Shown here in pieces: positions 51,650 through 64,000 of a DNA stretch of 64,000 bases. The notes below the pieces were generated by a model. That model saw nothing but the letters and a program-made list of their open reading frames with translations. It did no database searches and was not told where the DNA came from. The stretch is taken from positions 682,001-746,000 of the forward strand of contig NW_026250419.1 in the NCBI RefSeq assembly GCF_024521635.1, in the 5' to 3' direction. Every line of letters begins with the position of its first letter. Position 1 is the first letter of the stretch. Position numbers and translations under genes: made by a program. The stretch comes from Tricharina praecox (taxonomy: Eukaryota).

Positions 51650-53219
51650 TGTGATGTGATGTGGAAACGAATGAATGATTTATGACTTTTGGATGATGGC
51701 TGTTTTGTGTTGCATTGCTGCGCAGGTATCTGCTTGGGCTTCGCTTCTGGCTTGCGAGCGGGAGTTGTTTAGGTTCTTGGTGGCAATTGCAATGGATTCC
51801 GAAATATCTGTGTAAACCGGACCGGGCACTCGCGCTTCGTCTGCACGCAACTCCTAGGTGGCGGCTCGACAGCCCCATCGTCGGCATCGGGGCGAAAGCA
51901 TCGAGTGCTGTCGCGTGAAAATTAATACCGCTACTACCCGCTGTTTAGTACAGCTCTCTCACAGCTCTTTCCAAAGACCATCCACTAGAGTAGGTATCTA
52001 GCAGACACGCTACGGATCGATGGCCATCCATATCCAGGTAGGCAATGATTGCGGACGCAGACAGCAGTAGATACATCACCGTGCAGCTGGGGAATCCGCT
52101 CTTATATCCGACATTTCCACGTGACGGCAATATGTGTCGAAGCACTACGGACGGGAGTATCTTTTACCGCCACGTTCGTGGTATTGTGAATAGAGTGGAC
52201 GATATGCCGGTGTCTACGGGTACAGATAGCACTTGTCAAAGTCTCGTAATTTATATTCACGATATGTAGACATAGGCCCCACTCGCCCGCTGCTGCCGCT
52301 GCACGTATGGCCGCTGGCGCGTGGAGCGGAGGGCTGCGTAGGACCCTCGGCCATAATAGACGGTACATTCTGCAGCCACAGCGCGTCGACGTCGGAAGCC
52401 TAAGCACTTAAGCACCATTCCCCCAGGGGTTCGGTCGGTCGGCCATGTAGAGTTAAGAGGTTAGTATGAATAAAGTCGATAGCTAGATAGAATTCGGAGT
52501 ATCTAGATATAGCGAGGTGAAGTGGCGCCTTATTCTCTCTCTCTCTTTCTCATCCTTCACCGCGTTGTGTGTTCCTATTCCTGTTCCCTTCCAGTCCCTG
52601 GTATCTATCTAACTAACAGGAGCTCCCTCCCTCCCTCCTCCCTCCTCCCCCATCTCATCGTCAACTCACTCCTTATCCGCCCCGACACCGACTACCGACC
52701 ACCGACACGCTCGCTCTCTCGCCCGCCCACCACCACACACGCAGAGCACGCTCTATGTACACGAGGGGAATACTGGGGAAATAAAGTTAGCGACAACGAC
52801 GACCAGACTATTACGTAGCTCGGGCTCGGGGGGTTCATTACCTCACATCTCAATCCAATCCGCGGCAGGCCGTACTCCAGCTGCGCCCCTTTCCGACACA
52901 CGAACGGACGAACGGCCGACCGCCTCATTCCGACATATAGGAAACCAAGAACGAGGAAGAAAGACAGACCGCCCGGGCTGCTACATAGCATACATAGGAA
53001 GGAAAGGAAAACGAAAACGAAAAGAACCCGGCAGCAGTACATAGAGTAGTTGCAGAGAAAGAAGGCAGCAAACGATATTCCGCCCTCACCCAGCTTGTGG
53101 ACTTGTGACCAGCCTCCTCCACCTTCTCTACCTCCGCTGCCGCAGCCCGTTGACACCTTCTGCTGCGACGAAAAACCGGCACCCGAATAATCTAATTGTC
53201 TACGAATCCCCACGCGGCC

Positions 53220-54085
53220 ATGGAGAACACGCCAGCCGCCGCCGCGCCCACACCCGCCGCGCCCGGGTCCGCGCCCTCGCCGGAGGTCGCGACCGCACCA
53301 ATATCTGAGCCCGCCGCCGCAGTCGCCACCGAGTCCCCGGCGCCACAGGAAGACCCGAAGCCGACGTCCACGTCGACGGAGCCGTCGTCGTCCTCGGCGG
53401 CCGCAGCAGCAACAGCAGCAGCCCCTGCCGAACCTTCGCCTTCGCCGGCAGCAGCAGCCGAACCACAGGCGGAGACGGAGCCGAAGCAGATCACGGCGAC
53501 GTCCACGTCGCTGTCCATCACGGTGCTGGTGCAGTCTGGCGTTCGCCAGAATTTCGTGCTGGACCGTGGCTACCTCGAGCGACATATCGTCAAGTCCCCG
53601 AGCTCGAAGGAGATGCTCACTGATCCCATGGAGATGACGGTGGCGCAGCTGAAGGAGTGTATCTGGAAGGATTGGATAGATGGTAAGAAAAGCGGGATAC
53701 TCGGGGGGTGGTGAGGGCGAGAAGAGGGCGAGGAAGAGGAAGAGGGCTGACGATCGGTGCGCATAGATTGGGACCAACGACCGGCAAGCTCTTTGTTTAT
53801 CAGGCTGATACAATTCGGGGCGTATCTGCAGGATGCAAATCCCTTGAAAGGTACTGTTCCTTCCCACCTGCCGTCTCCCGTTGCAAGCAAGAAAAACCAA
53901 GGCTGACAGACAGACAAGACTGCCGACTAAGCACCGACTCGTCGAACGTGATCCACATGGCGATAAAACCCGCCGAGGTCGGCGACGACGACGGCACACA
54001 GCGGAGCACAAAAGGCGCGTTCGGCGGGCCTGGCAGCGGCGGCGGAACAGGCGTCGCAAGGGGCTGTCGCTGCGTCATCTTATGA
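53220..54085 (+). CDS. UBL3/MUB-like membrane-anchored ubiquitin-fold protein with CAAX end; exons 53220-53682, 53767-53850, 53919-54085
   Basis: LSITVLVQSGVRQNFVLD..DPMEMTVAQLKECIWKDW.DDWDQRPASSLFIRLIQFGAYLQD..L.DCRL..NVIHMAIKP; C-terminus GCRCVIL*. Confidence 0.85.
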
Positions 54086-54920
54086 TATTCTTCCGGGCTG
54101 CTGCGGTTTTTTTTTTTTGTCTGTTGGCTTTCTATCTGAATGCGTGTTTTATTCGATTTCCATTTTCCATTCCATTGTAACTTGCAATTTTTTCTGCTGC
54201 TCTGCTCTGCTACTCGCCCCCGACTCCCCCCGATTGCACAATTGTATGCCCGCTTTGCTTATTCCATCTTGCTGCGTTTCGTCTCGTTTCGTGTCATTTT
54301 TCCAAGTGCGTTCGTCGGCTCGGTGCGGTGGGGGCTCCGACTTCCCTCTTCTCCTCCTCTCCTCCAAAGCTCATTAGTCGTGTTCCTTTACATTTCCATT
54401 TAATGTTTATGTGTATTGGTTTTCTTTATCTGCTGGGGAGAAGGGGGGAACAGGAAGGGAGGGGGAGGGGGAGGATGGGGAATTGTAGTTTAGAATTGGC
54501 GGGGAGGGAGGGAGGGACGATGGAAGGAGGGAAGGAAGGAAGGAGGAAGGAGGCAAGAGGGGATGATATGGACGGGATAATTGAGCCCTGTTTGGACGCT
54601 GTAATGTACTACACTACGGCAATGCGGATATGGAAATGCTTCTTGCATGCGAATCTGATATACTTCAGTCGGCATTTTGATGCCAGCCTTGGTTTGATCA
54701 CATAATGTGCGGCGGCGAGACACAGGTATCACTCGGTGAAATGGTACGCATTCATCTCACGACTGTGATTTTGTTTGTAAACGTCAAAGTGCGTGCACCA
54801 TACCGCCGGGTATAAGATGTGTAATTTACACAGTAATTACAAGAAGGGGAGGAGAAAGCCCCATCCGAAAAAAGAGTAACAGTCAGTCCAACACAATCAT
54901 CAACCCCCATCCACCGCCGA

Positions 54921-55824
54921 CTAAAAGATAAGATCCTCATCCTTCGAATCGCCCAGGACATCCTCGCCGCCCTCCTTGTCATCATGTCCCTTCTCCTCCA
55001 ACTCCAGCCGCCTCTTCGCAATCGCCTTATCATTCTCCTCGCCATCCCTCTGCTTTTTCCCCTGCACCTTCTTGAGCCTGTAGAACTCCTCCCTATCCAA
55101 CTCATCCAGCTCGCTGTTGATATACTTGATAGTATTCTCCGTCCGGGGGATGATGACATGCTCGATGGCATTGACACGACGGTTGACAACCTTGATAACA
55201 TCATCAAGGATAACAAATGCGGTCTGCAGGCTCGCAAGCTCTACCAAGGTCTCAACCGCTTTACCATAGACCTCCCTCGCCCTGGCGACCTGCTGGCCAC
55301 CCCTCCCCAGCCCCGTCAGGGCAAAATCGCCTCCAGCGCCTCTCTCCCCCTCAACAACGAACGCCTCAAACGCGGGCAGCAGCACGCCGGAAACATTCTC
55401 TTGCCGCGTGCGCAGCCGGAACCGCGCTGTACGCACCGACTGCGTGATCTCGTACGCGATGTTCCCGCCCCCAGTCGCGTATGTCACCTCGGCCAAGGAG
55501 AACGCCGCGATCTGCATCACTCGCCCCATCTTGCGCTTCGCTTCGTCGATGCGCCGCGTGATGTCCCGGAAGCGCTTTGTTAACGCTTCGGATTTGCGCT
55601 TGAGGAGGGAGTGCCCTGGGATGGTCAGTGGAGGGAGGGGAGGGAGGGGGGCGGGGACGGGAGGTACCGATCTCGGCGCCCTTCAGCTTCGACTTCATTA
55701 GCCCCAGTGACTGCCGCGTTGCGAATACGGCTTCGCGGTTCTGGTGCGGGGTGTCGTTAGCTCTCGCTCGCTGTCACCTGCCAAATGGGCCATCTCTGGG
55801 CGGACTTACTCCTGTTCCTGACAT
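54921..55824 (-). CDS. VMA8: V-type H+-ATPase subunit D, 3 exons
   Basis: [108 protein letters not shown]. Confidence 0.97.
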
Positions 55825-56005
55825 CTTTGCGGTTGTAGGGGGTTGGATGTGGTGGTGACGACGGCGACGGGAGGATGATGGTGAGAAGATGGTGGTTGTT
55901 GTGCGGGCTGGCGTTGACGTCGGTTACTCGCTTGATGGAGCTGGACTGGAGCTCGATAGTTGTCTGCTATATGTAACTACGTCGTTACCCAACCAAGCCG
56001 CCGAT

Positions 56006-56013
56006 TCACGTGA
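56006..56013. promoter_or_regulatory. TCACGTGA E-box (Cbf1-type bHLH site) about 180 bp upstream of VMA8
   Basis: Perfect palindrome; the TCACGTG core also lies upstream of Lon, SCC2, ANP1 and U1A. Confidence 0.45.
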
Positions 56014-56426
56014 TCTGGGTTGGGACGGAGGTCATGGCAGCACACTCGGCTGGCGAGCATTCGTCTCACCGGGTGTTCTCTCTCTCTTTCTCACACACAC
56101 ACACACACAATCTCACGCATAGTGAATTCTGCTATGATAAAACAAGGTCGAATGCAACGATAATTGAACAAAACCGCAGTGAATTGCGACGAGGAGATCT
56201 AGAATTTACCGCCCACCACCCACCACCACCCATGCATGTAGTCGGTCTATGATATATACAAAAGCAACTTCTATCCCCTCCCCTCCTCCTCCTCCTACTC
56301 ATCAATACACACATCCTAGTATAGTACACGATACGAACGAAATCAAAATACAAATGCAAATCCCGTTACACCCCAAAAAGATATAATACACCGCAAACAA
56401 AACCGCTTTTTAACGTTTGGGGGAGA

Positions 56427-59400
56427 TCATGAGAAGAAATATTGACTGTCCTTGAGCACTGTGACATCAAATTCACCCTGTCGCATCGTTAGTATCCAAG
56501 CTTGAAAATGGGGGAGGGGGATGAGACAAACCTTCGCAGGTAAATCTGGAAACTCCAGCGGCATCCAGACATGTACCATGGGAATCACTGGCTTCGACTT
56601 CTTCTTCTTAGGCTTCTCCTGTGGCTCTTCATCTTCTTGCTCCTCCGCCAACTCATGCTCTGCCTCCTCAGTGTCAAGTTCCATATGTCCAGCCTCAGAA
56701 TCCGCCACTACTTCCTCCGGATCCGTCTCGGGATCGTAGGGAGTGGGATCACTCTCGTCGTCGCCGAAGACGTCGCCAGTTATCTTATCCTCCTCCTTGG
56801 CGTCAATACCAACGTCTGTAGGCGTGGAGTCGACAGCGCCCAGCTCGGCACCAAGAGATTCCTTGATTTCGACCTTGGCAGCACCTCCGGCGCGGTTGAG
56901 AAGCTCGGAGGGTGTGATCATGTTCCGACCCTCTTCGACCTCGTCGGGATCGTTGGAGGCAAGGAGTTGATCGCGCTTCAGCTCCCACTGCAGGTCTTCG
57001 ACTACCGTGAGGCCAGAACTGCCCAGGACCTGAGTGGCGTACTTCTTCCGTGCAGCCTTGATGAGCGCAGCGGTTTCAGTGTGTGCCGGGATGCTGACGA
57101 GATACTTGTACCCCTTGTATCGCGTCTCAAACTCTTGCTTGAGCTTCTGCATGATATCAACAGAGTGGAGATCGATGAATGCATCGCGAAGGATGCGGTT
57201 AAGGCCGTCGACGTCGCTGGGGTGCGTCCAGAAGGAGTCGTGGACAGCGGCGAAGGTGATGCCGTTCGTCGCGCACTCCATGGCACTCATCAGCATGTGG
57301 GTTGCGTCGAGGGAGTGGATGAAGTTCGGTGGGAAGGCGGTCATTTGCTTTCGGGAGTTGACTTGGTCGATTGCTGCCGGGTCCGAGATGTAGATCTTCT
57401 GCAGGTTGGTTTGGACTACTACGCTGGTTTCGTGGCGGTACGGCTGCACGACTGGCATTTTGAGGGGAGTTGTCCACACGACTGAAGTCATGAATTCGAC
57501 CTTGCCCTTGCGCCGGATATGAGAGTTGGTGGAGTCCTGTAGCAGCCCGTTCTCGTGATCTTCGAGGTGGTTGTATTGCGATGGACTGACGGACCGAGAA
57601 ATCATACGGGCGGTCAACGCGAGCCAATGCTGAATCTTGGTAGCACCCGTGAACACCTCCTTGATACCATCGAAGACGAGCCGAGTAACGTACGAAGCGC
57701 ATTGGTGCTTATCGTCACGTGGGATCGCATCAACGTTGTCCAACTGTTTCCGGATCTGCTCACGAGCACCAACAAAGGTGACACCGTAGACGTTGGTCAT
57801 GACCGACTGCTTGACGACCTTCCTAGTGATGTGTCCGTGGAGGAGTGTGGCGATGGGGTCACCCAAGGCCATGTCCTTCGCGACCTGTGCCTTGACCAGC
57901 TCCGCGACACCGGTATAGACGTCTTGAGGTCTGTCACTCGGTTCCAAGTTGACCTGCTTTGCACCCTCCCTATCACCACCGAGCGCTGCATAATGCTGCA
58001 GTCCATTGCAGGTACCATCCTGGGCGACGACAGTCTGGCACTTGTATTTGGTTGGGTCAGGACTTCTCAGTGCTTCCGTGATGGAGATACAAGTGGCGAG
58101 ACACTGCCATGGGTCTTCTGCGTTAAGCCACCATCTATTGCCCTATCATGGTTGTCAGATATCAATGCATCACTCAAAGGGGAAGTGTAACCCACTTTTG
58201 TGGGGTTGTCCGCACTGTCGAATACATCCTCGAGATGTTCGTCAATGAACTTCTCACGCTCGGCGAAACTGGCCTTGTCGTAACCAGCCAAGTTGGCACA
58301 ATGGATCTTGAGCCACCTGAGGCCCCTCTCGCCGAGCTCCTTACCTTCCGCGAACATGAGAATTCCACGGGACAAATCGTCACCGATATGGTTCAAGTTC
58401 GGCGGAATGGGGTATGCTCGGCCTCGGAAATCGACACTGTGAGGGAAGTAGAATTTCTCAAACAGGAACTATCACATGTGAGCAGGTGTCCAGTGATCGC
58501 TACAAGGATGGAAGCACATACAGAACGAGCAATTTCCAACTTCAGGTTGATGGTACATCTCTGCGAGTGGTTGTTCTTCTCGGCGTTTTTGGCCTCGCGC
58601 ACAAGCTTTACCCATTCGACTCGGACTTTCGGATCATTACTTGGCTGAGGCTCCGGTGGGATTTCGGATGTAAGTTCCTTAGGAGGAATATCGGCCAATG
58701 CCTTGCCCGAGTTCCAGACCTCCAGGATTACGTCGAACACCCTCTTGTTGACCTGCCAAGCGGTCCGGCCGAGAACATCCAATCCCTCGAACAGTTGGTC
58801 TAGGTCACCACGATTTGATGCCGCCTGAACATAGATATCCTGCTCTTTACTCTGCTTTGTTCTAACGACTCGCGAGCGGGAGTAGTAGTATCCACCGTCG
58901 TTCCATGCCAGCCATGGAAGCGGGGGAACAAGCATGGGAAGATTCCGTCCCAATGCACTTCCTTGAAGTGGCTCGGCACCTAGCTTTGCCACAAGATCCG
59001 GGTGCAACTTGATGACGCCCAATCGCCTTCCCCGAACGTACTCGTAGGCGTGCTGGTATGCCGGCTGGTACTGGGTTACTTTCGCTCCCTGCTGGTTCTT
59101 CTTGGTGACGGGTATTTTGGCGCAATGAAGCAACATCGAGATCAAAACGGCTCCGAGCTTTGCCCTTACGGCCGGAGGCCACTCCAACATCACAGAGGAG
59201 GTATCTTTAGGTTGTTCCTGCATCTTCTGTCGAGCTCTCTGGACACGCTGTCGGAACGCAATCCGGTCGTTGAAAAGTTCCTTCAAGCCGTCCTTCTCCA
59301 GCACGCCGAAAATATCTCGGTTCTTCTTGTTGGCTAACTCCTGAGCATAGTATTCCTGCTCTAGCATACCGCCGATGGCCATGACCGCGAACGCAGACTT

Positions 59401-60890
59401 CGTTCCCTCACCGCTCAGCTGCGAGTTCTGCATCCTCATCATCTCCAACACCACAACCGCCGCGACCTTCTCGGGCGCCATCAACCGCAGAAATGGTCCG
59501 TACAAGCAGCGATCGGAAGCACTTTGATATGTCGGGTCCTCCTCGGCTTCGCTAACTCGTTGCAGCTCCTGTTTGATCAACGGAACCATAGACTGATGCC
59601 AGGTCCACAAGAGAGCACCGACGTCGCCTCTCAGCGGGGCCGCTCCCCTGGCAACGAGCTCCTCGTGATCCTTCCTCCATCGCTCTTGAGCACTCTGGAT
59701 TGCATGTTCCTCTAGTACCTTCTGTCTGGCGATGAAGAAGGCCATTTCGTCTTCGCCGAACGGACGGCGGTTGGGCATTGCATCGGGGTCGGTCAGAGAC
59801 ACGAGCGACTGCTTGATCGCTTGCAAACTGCTTCCCTTAACATTCGATGAATGTACCTCCGGGATCTCTGCGATACTTGGACCTGTAAGCGGTTCGTCTT
59901 TGACGAAGAGTTCTTTGTGTTTATCGGAGAGTTCTTCCGGGTCTAGGCCGCAGGACTGATGATGTCGGTTAGCGTTGACGCACTTTCCCCCACCCACCCC
60001 CCGCACGATGGAGACCCTACCTGTGCAACAGCGATGACTTGCTCATCCGTCAAAATCGGCTGCGCGAACACATCCTTGATGGCCATCCCACGTTCTTTCC
60101 AGTGATTTACGTACTGCCGGATATACCGCTGGCTCAGTGTACGTTCCTTCACAGCCAAACTTCCCTCCAGCAACAATGCATACGTCGAAGAATCCCCGAG
60201 AATCTCCAAGTCGCGCTTCATCGTGTCCTCATACCAGGCAAAAAACACTCGCAAACTGTCTTGATTATTCTCCGCCAGCGCTCTCTGCAGCAGAGCTCTC
60301 AAGAAAGTATTTTGCGCGCCGACCATCAGAGGCGAATCGCGGTCCAGGACATTGGTAATCATGTTTAGGATCAATTGCGCTCTAGCGATACGTCCGACCT
60401 TGACGCAGGCCTCGAAGGTTGCCAGCGCCTCATGCTTGTCCTCCGAGACACCCTGAATGATCCGAGGCTTTCTGCGCGCGGTGATCGGTAGCTGCGGCGT
60501 GTCGACGATCACCAGCGAGGGAGCATCCGTCGATCGTCCGGGAATGAATCCGGGCGGGCTCATGGGGCCGCTCCCAGTCCCAGTCCCGGTCCGCATGTAT
60601 ACACCCTCAATGGACGGGATTCCATCCGGGATTGGTATGCTCGAGTGTGTGGAGTATGCTCGGTCTCGACTCGCGGGATTGGGTTGCGTCGCTGCCGGGG
60701 CGGCGGTGCCTGCTGGGGCGGCGGCGGGTTTCGACGTCGAGGCATGCCGGAGCCATGCTGGTGTGTGGCAAGACGATGGATACAGGAACGGGAGGAGGAC
60801 GGAACGTGTGGGCGAGGAGCTCGACGGCCGGATATTGTGTCTCTGAGCGGTGGTATATTGGGAGATCCGGGTGGTGGTGGCACGAAGCAT
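56427..60890 (-). CDS. RPO41: Mitochondrial T7-like DNA-directed RNA polymerase, 5 exons
   Basis: Presequence MLRATTTRISQY; DFRGRAYPIPPNLNHIGDD; QDGTCNGLQHYAALGGD; RKVVKQSVMTNVYGVT; AFPPNFIHSLDATHM; AVHDSFWTH; terminal VLKDSQYFFS*. Confidence 0.97.
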
Positions 60891-61784
60891 TTTCGTGCAG
60901 CGGATATGGATTGGGTTTCAATCGAGGATCGCGGGGTTGAAAGAAGTGCTCGAGGGCGGGGAGAGTGTTTATGGTGAGAATTAAAGCAACGAGTGATTGT
61001 AGATTTTCAAATGAAGGCGGCTTCTTGGGGATGCCGGCCGCATGGGTTTTGAGGGCAAGTGGGAAGGCGTGGGAGGCGAATCCAAAGTTTTGGAGATTTT
61101 CTCCTCTCTAGGTTCGCTATGGTCAGAAGTTGTATGTCAGAACTTTTTTTCTCGAGCTGTGCGTGCGCCAAGACTGTCCGCTTGTCCCGGTCGGACCTAG
61201 CCGAACCCCAAGTTGTGATTAAGTAAGCGACCAGTGCGAGAACATGAGACAATCCCTAATATTTCTGCAACCGGCAGCAAGATCATCACACCGAGATATG
61301 TACAGCAAACTACATGTCCGTTGCCAATTGCTTTGTTGGATGCGACGTCCACATCAATAGTGCGAATGGTCCCGCTACGGTGCTCGCCTTCATTTTCACG
61401 AACGGTGTGGCAAACGCCAAATTCTAGGTAATTATTCGGTTGGCGGAGATCACCTTCATCTTCCACCTTGAGGACTTCCGTGGGACGAAGTCAAACAATG
61501 CTACCTGTGCTGTGTAGGCAACGATAATCCTCACATCACGATTTACATCCCAAAAGCACGACCGACAGTGAGTATACAGATCAATTAAGATTCCACATAT
61601 AGATCCAACCATATTTCCATTTTTCCACCATCCAAAAGAGAAGAATCAAACAACACCCTCGTTACCAATGCACTTAAAATACACACACGCCCACCAGATA
61701 TAGAAAGAAAAGAGAGAAGAGAAGAAATCGCCAAAAGCCCATCATCAACAAAGTCATCATAACACACAAGTAAGTAGTTTCTAC

Positions 61785-64000
61785 TTACTCAACTAACGCT
61801 TGGGAGTAGACGGCGGCGAGTTATTTTCCGAGCTTGCGCCGTGGTGCATGCTAAACGGAGCCTTCACGTTGAGTTGCAGTCAGAAGAAAGTTGACAGGTG
61901 TGGGGAAACGGAAATATTGCTTACCAAGACCTTGCGGGCGTTGCATATTCTCCAGCTGAGCCTTCGGACGTTGCCGTCGGCTTTTACGACGCTAGGGGCG
62001 AGGTCGACGCCGAACCTGTGTGATGACGGGGTTAGTGTGTATAGGTATGGGGGAGAGGGAGGAGGATGCATACATTTCTCTAATTGCATAGACGATCCTG
62101 CGACTGCAGGTGTCATCGGCGACACCTCCGAAGACCTCATCGACATCGATGGGGGCGAGGTCCTGGTCATCGAAGCATCTCTTGACGATGGGCAGCAGAT
62201 GTCTCTCTACAGATTCCCGGGCAGATCCGTCACGGATTTCATCATCGTCGAGCTCAACCTTCTCCACGCAGATCTCGAACGGTTGGCTGATGGCCATGAC
62301 CGAGTGCTTTCCATCGTGGTGGTACCGGAATTCGAAGACACCGTTCTTCCAGAAACTCTTCTCGCCGCGGAACTCCATCTTGCCGATAACGGTGTCCGGG
62401 TTGTTGTCGTTCTTCTGGTCGGAAGAGATAATTCCTTGGTCGGCGGATTTGGTGTCGTATTGGTCTTTGCAGACAGCAATCCAACGGCCCATGGAAGCGA
62501 TGCGGGAAACCTCGCGAGCACTATTCTCACCAATCTTATACAGTGCAACCCAGTCCTTGCTCGAGTGGTCGATGGGGGCAGTCCAAGTAACATGAATCGA
62601 CTCGCCGTATGCTACAGCCAAGGTCTCGGTGCCCTCCTGAGGCGTAGCATTGTCAATCTTGAGCGAGTACTTTTCGGTATCGTGGGTGATGGAGGAGCTA
62701 TCCCTATCGGACAACAACTCGATAGCGAGCCTTGCGGGAGCGAATCTTGCCTGAGTGTTCTTCATGACGCCCATGACAGCCTTGGGGAAACGGGGTCTGG
62801 ATCTCTCGAGCAACTCCTCAACGAAATCGGCAGCCTCGGCAACGATTTTGTCGACGCTGCCCTGGAACATGCGGACTTGGTCGGCAACGGGAGGGGGCAT
62901 GGCCTTGCGGATGGTCTTGGCAACCCCGGCTTCGTTGCGGATCTGGCTTCCGTACAGCTTCCGCATGTGTGGCCCTTCAACCAGGTTAAGGAACAGAAGC
63001 GCGCAGACATGCGAGAACAGTCCGATCAAGAAGATGGGAGAAGACGAGGCGATCAGAACGATACCCCAAATGCCGGCACAACCGATGAGACGCTCGGGGT
63101 TGTTGAGGTATCTGTAAATTCCAGAGTACGTCAGGTGAGGGCTGGGAAGGTCGAAGAAGAAGTCGCCGTAGAACCAGCCAAACTCGCCGAGCGATTCGTG
63201 AATCGAGAACGCGGTCCACACCTGAAGTGCGACCAGCATTATTCCGACGGTGTGTCTGAAGAGTGCCATACGCTCGTCGGACGATGGGAGCTGGTACATC
63301 TTCCAGGCAGCGGCAATGAACGAAGCGTGCGTCATCGAAAGGGAAACGAAGTACACACCCTTCCACTGTCTCCAAGCGTCCTCGCGGGTCTCACCGAACT
63401 TCAAGAAGTGGCGAACATAGCTCTTGTTCTTGCTCTGGCCAACGAGTACAGCTCCGATTCCGATGGTGTGCCAGAGTCTCCAGAGCAAGGCGTGGATGAT
63501 AAACAAAGCCTGGTAGATGGGAGTACTAGGCGTCGCAAGCGCGAACACACCAAGGTAGAATACGAGAAGCATGCTGGAGAAATGGACGCTGTTCCAAGGA
63601 TCCAAAGACTGGACGAGCGGGCGCTCGGAGGAAGCATGGCCGATGTCGGTGAAGACCGACCCAGACAACGAAGCGACATCGTCGTCCAACTGAGGGACCT
63701 CCTGCAACTGGGACTTTCTGCGCGGCGCCGGTGGGTTGTAGGTCTTTTCGATGTGGGGATTCTCCACGAACGTCAAGAATGCGAACTGAGCGGCATGAGC
63801 GGCGAGTGACACAAAGAGAACGGTGTAAGAAGCAGCAAAGAGGGAAATGCCCTGAGATAGAAAGTCAGAATTGCACAGCCCAGACGCAAGCAAGTTTTTT
63901 CTTCTTTCGAATCATCACTCACGTAGTATCCAGCGTATCCCACCGAGTACATCGGGTGAGGGGCGATCTCATAAACACCATCAAAGGTAAGGTTCTGGTC
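61785..64000 (-). CDS. CHO2: Phosphatidylethanolamine N-methyltransferase, 3' part (5' end outside window)
   Basis: [102 protein letters not shown]; last exon [12 protein letters not shown]. Confidence 0.95.

Noticed and set aside
61800..63809. 669-aa plus-strand ORF
   Set aside because: Antisense shadow of CHO2 with a non-ATG start and no recognisable domain; explained by sense-strand codon bias. The same applies to the antisense ORFs over Lon (30260-31160) and RPO41 (56571-57485).

Overview
Eukaryotic DNA from a filamentous ascomycete (Pezizomycotina; Pezizomycetes is an inference), with short GT-AG introns and CTRAC-type branch points. The window has two halves. Positions 1-27 kb hold the 3' end of URB1/NPA1 and one Zn(II)2Cys6 transcription factor with a PAS-like region, which has about 19.6 kb of microsatellite-rich, apparently gene-free DNA upstream. 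Positions 27-64 kb are gene-dense: peroxisomal Lon protease (ends SRL*), SCC2/Mis4, DCS1, ATP25, ANP1, a U1A-type snRNP protein, APS1, an orphan single-TM protein, a UBL3-like CAAX protein, VMA8, RPO41 and partial CHO2. The most notable unexplained structure is a decayed Tad1-like LINE 3' fragment (32.2-33.0 kb) whose terminal signature (GATC..GGTC hairpin, TGATTAAAC, A-tail) recurs as three tiny 30-120 bp elements at about 0.56, 44.5 and 48.1 kb. All four lie tail-to-tail downstream of a gene 3' end, and two have candidate target-site duplications. No tRNA, rRNA or CRISPR could be supported. All calls come from manual reading; no database searches were run.
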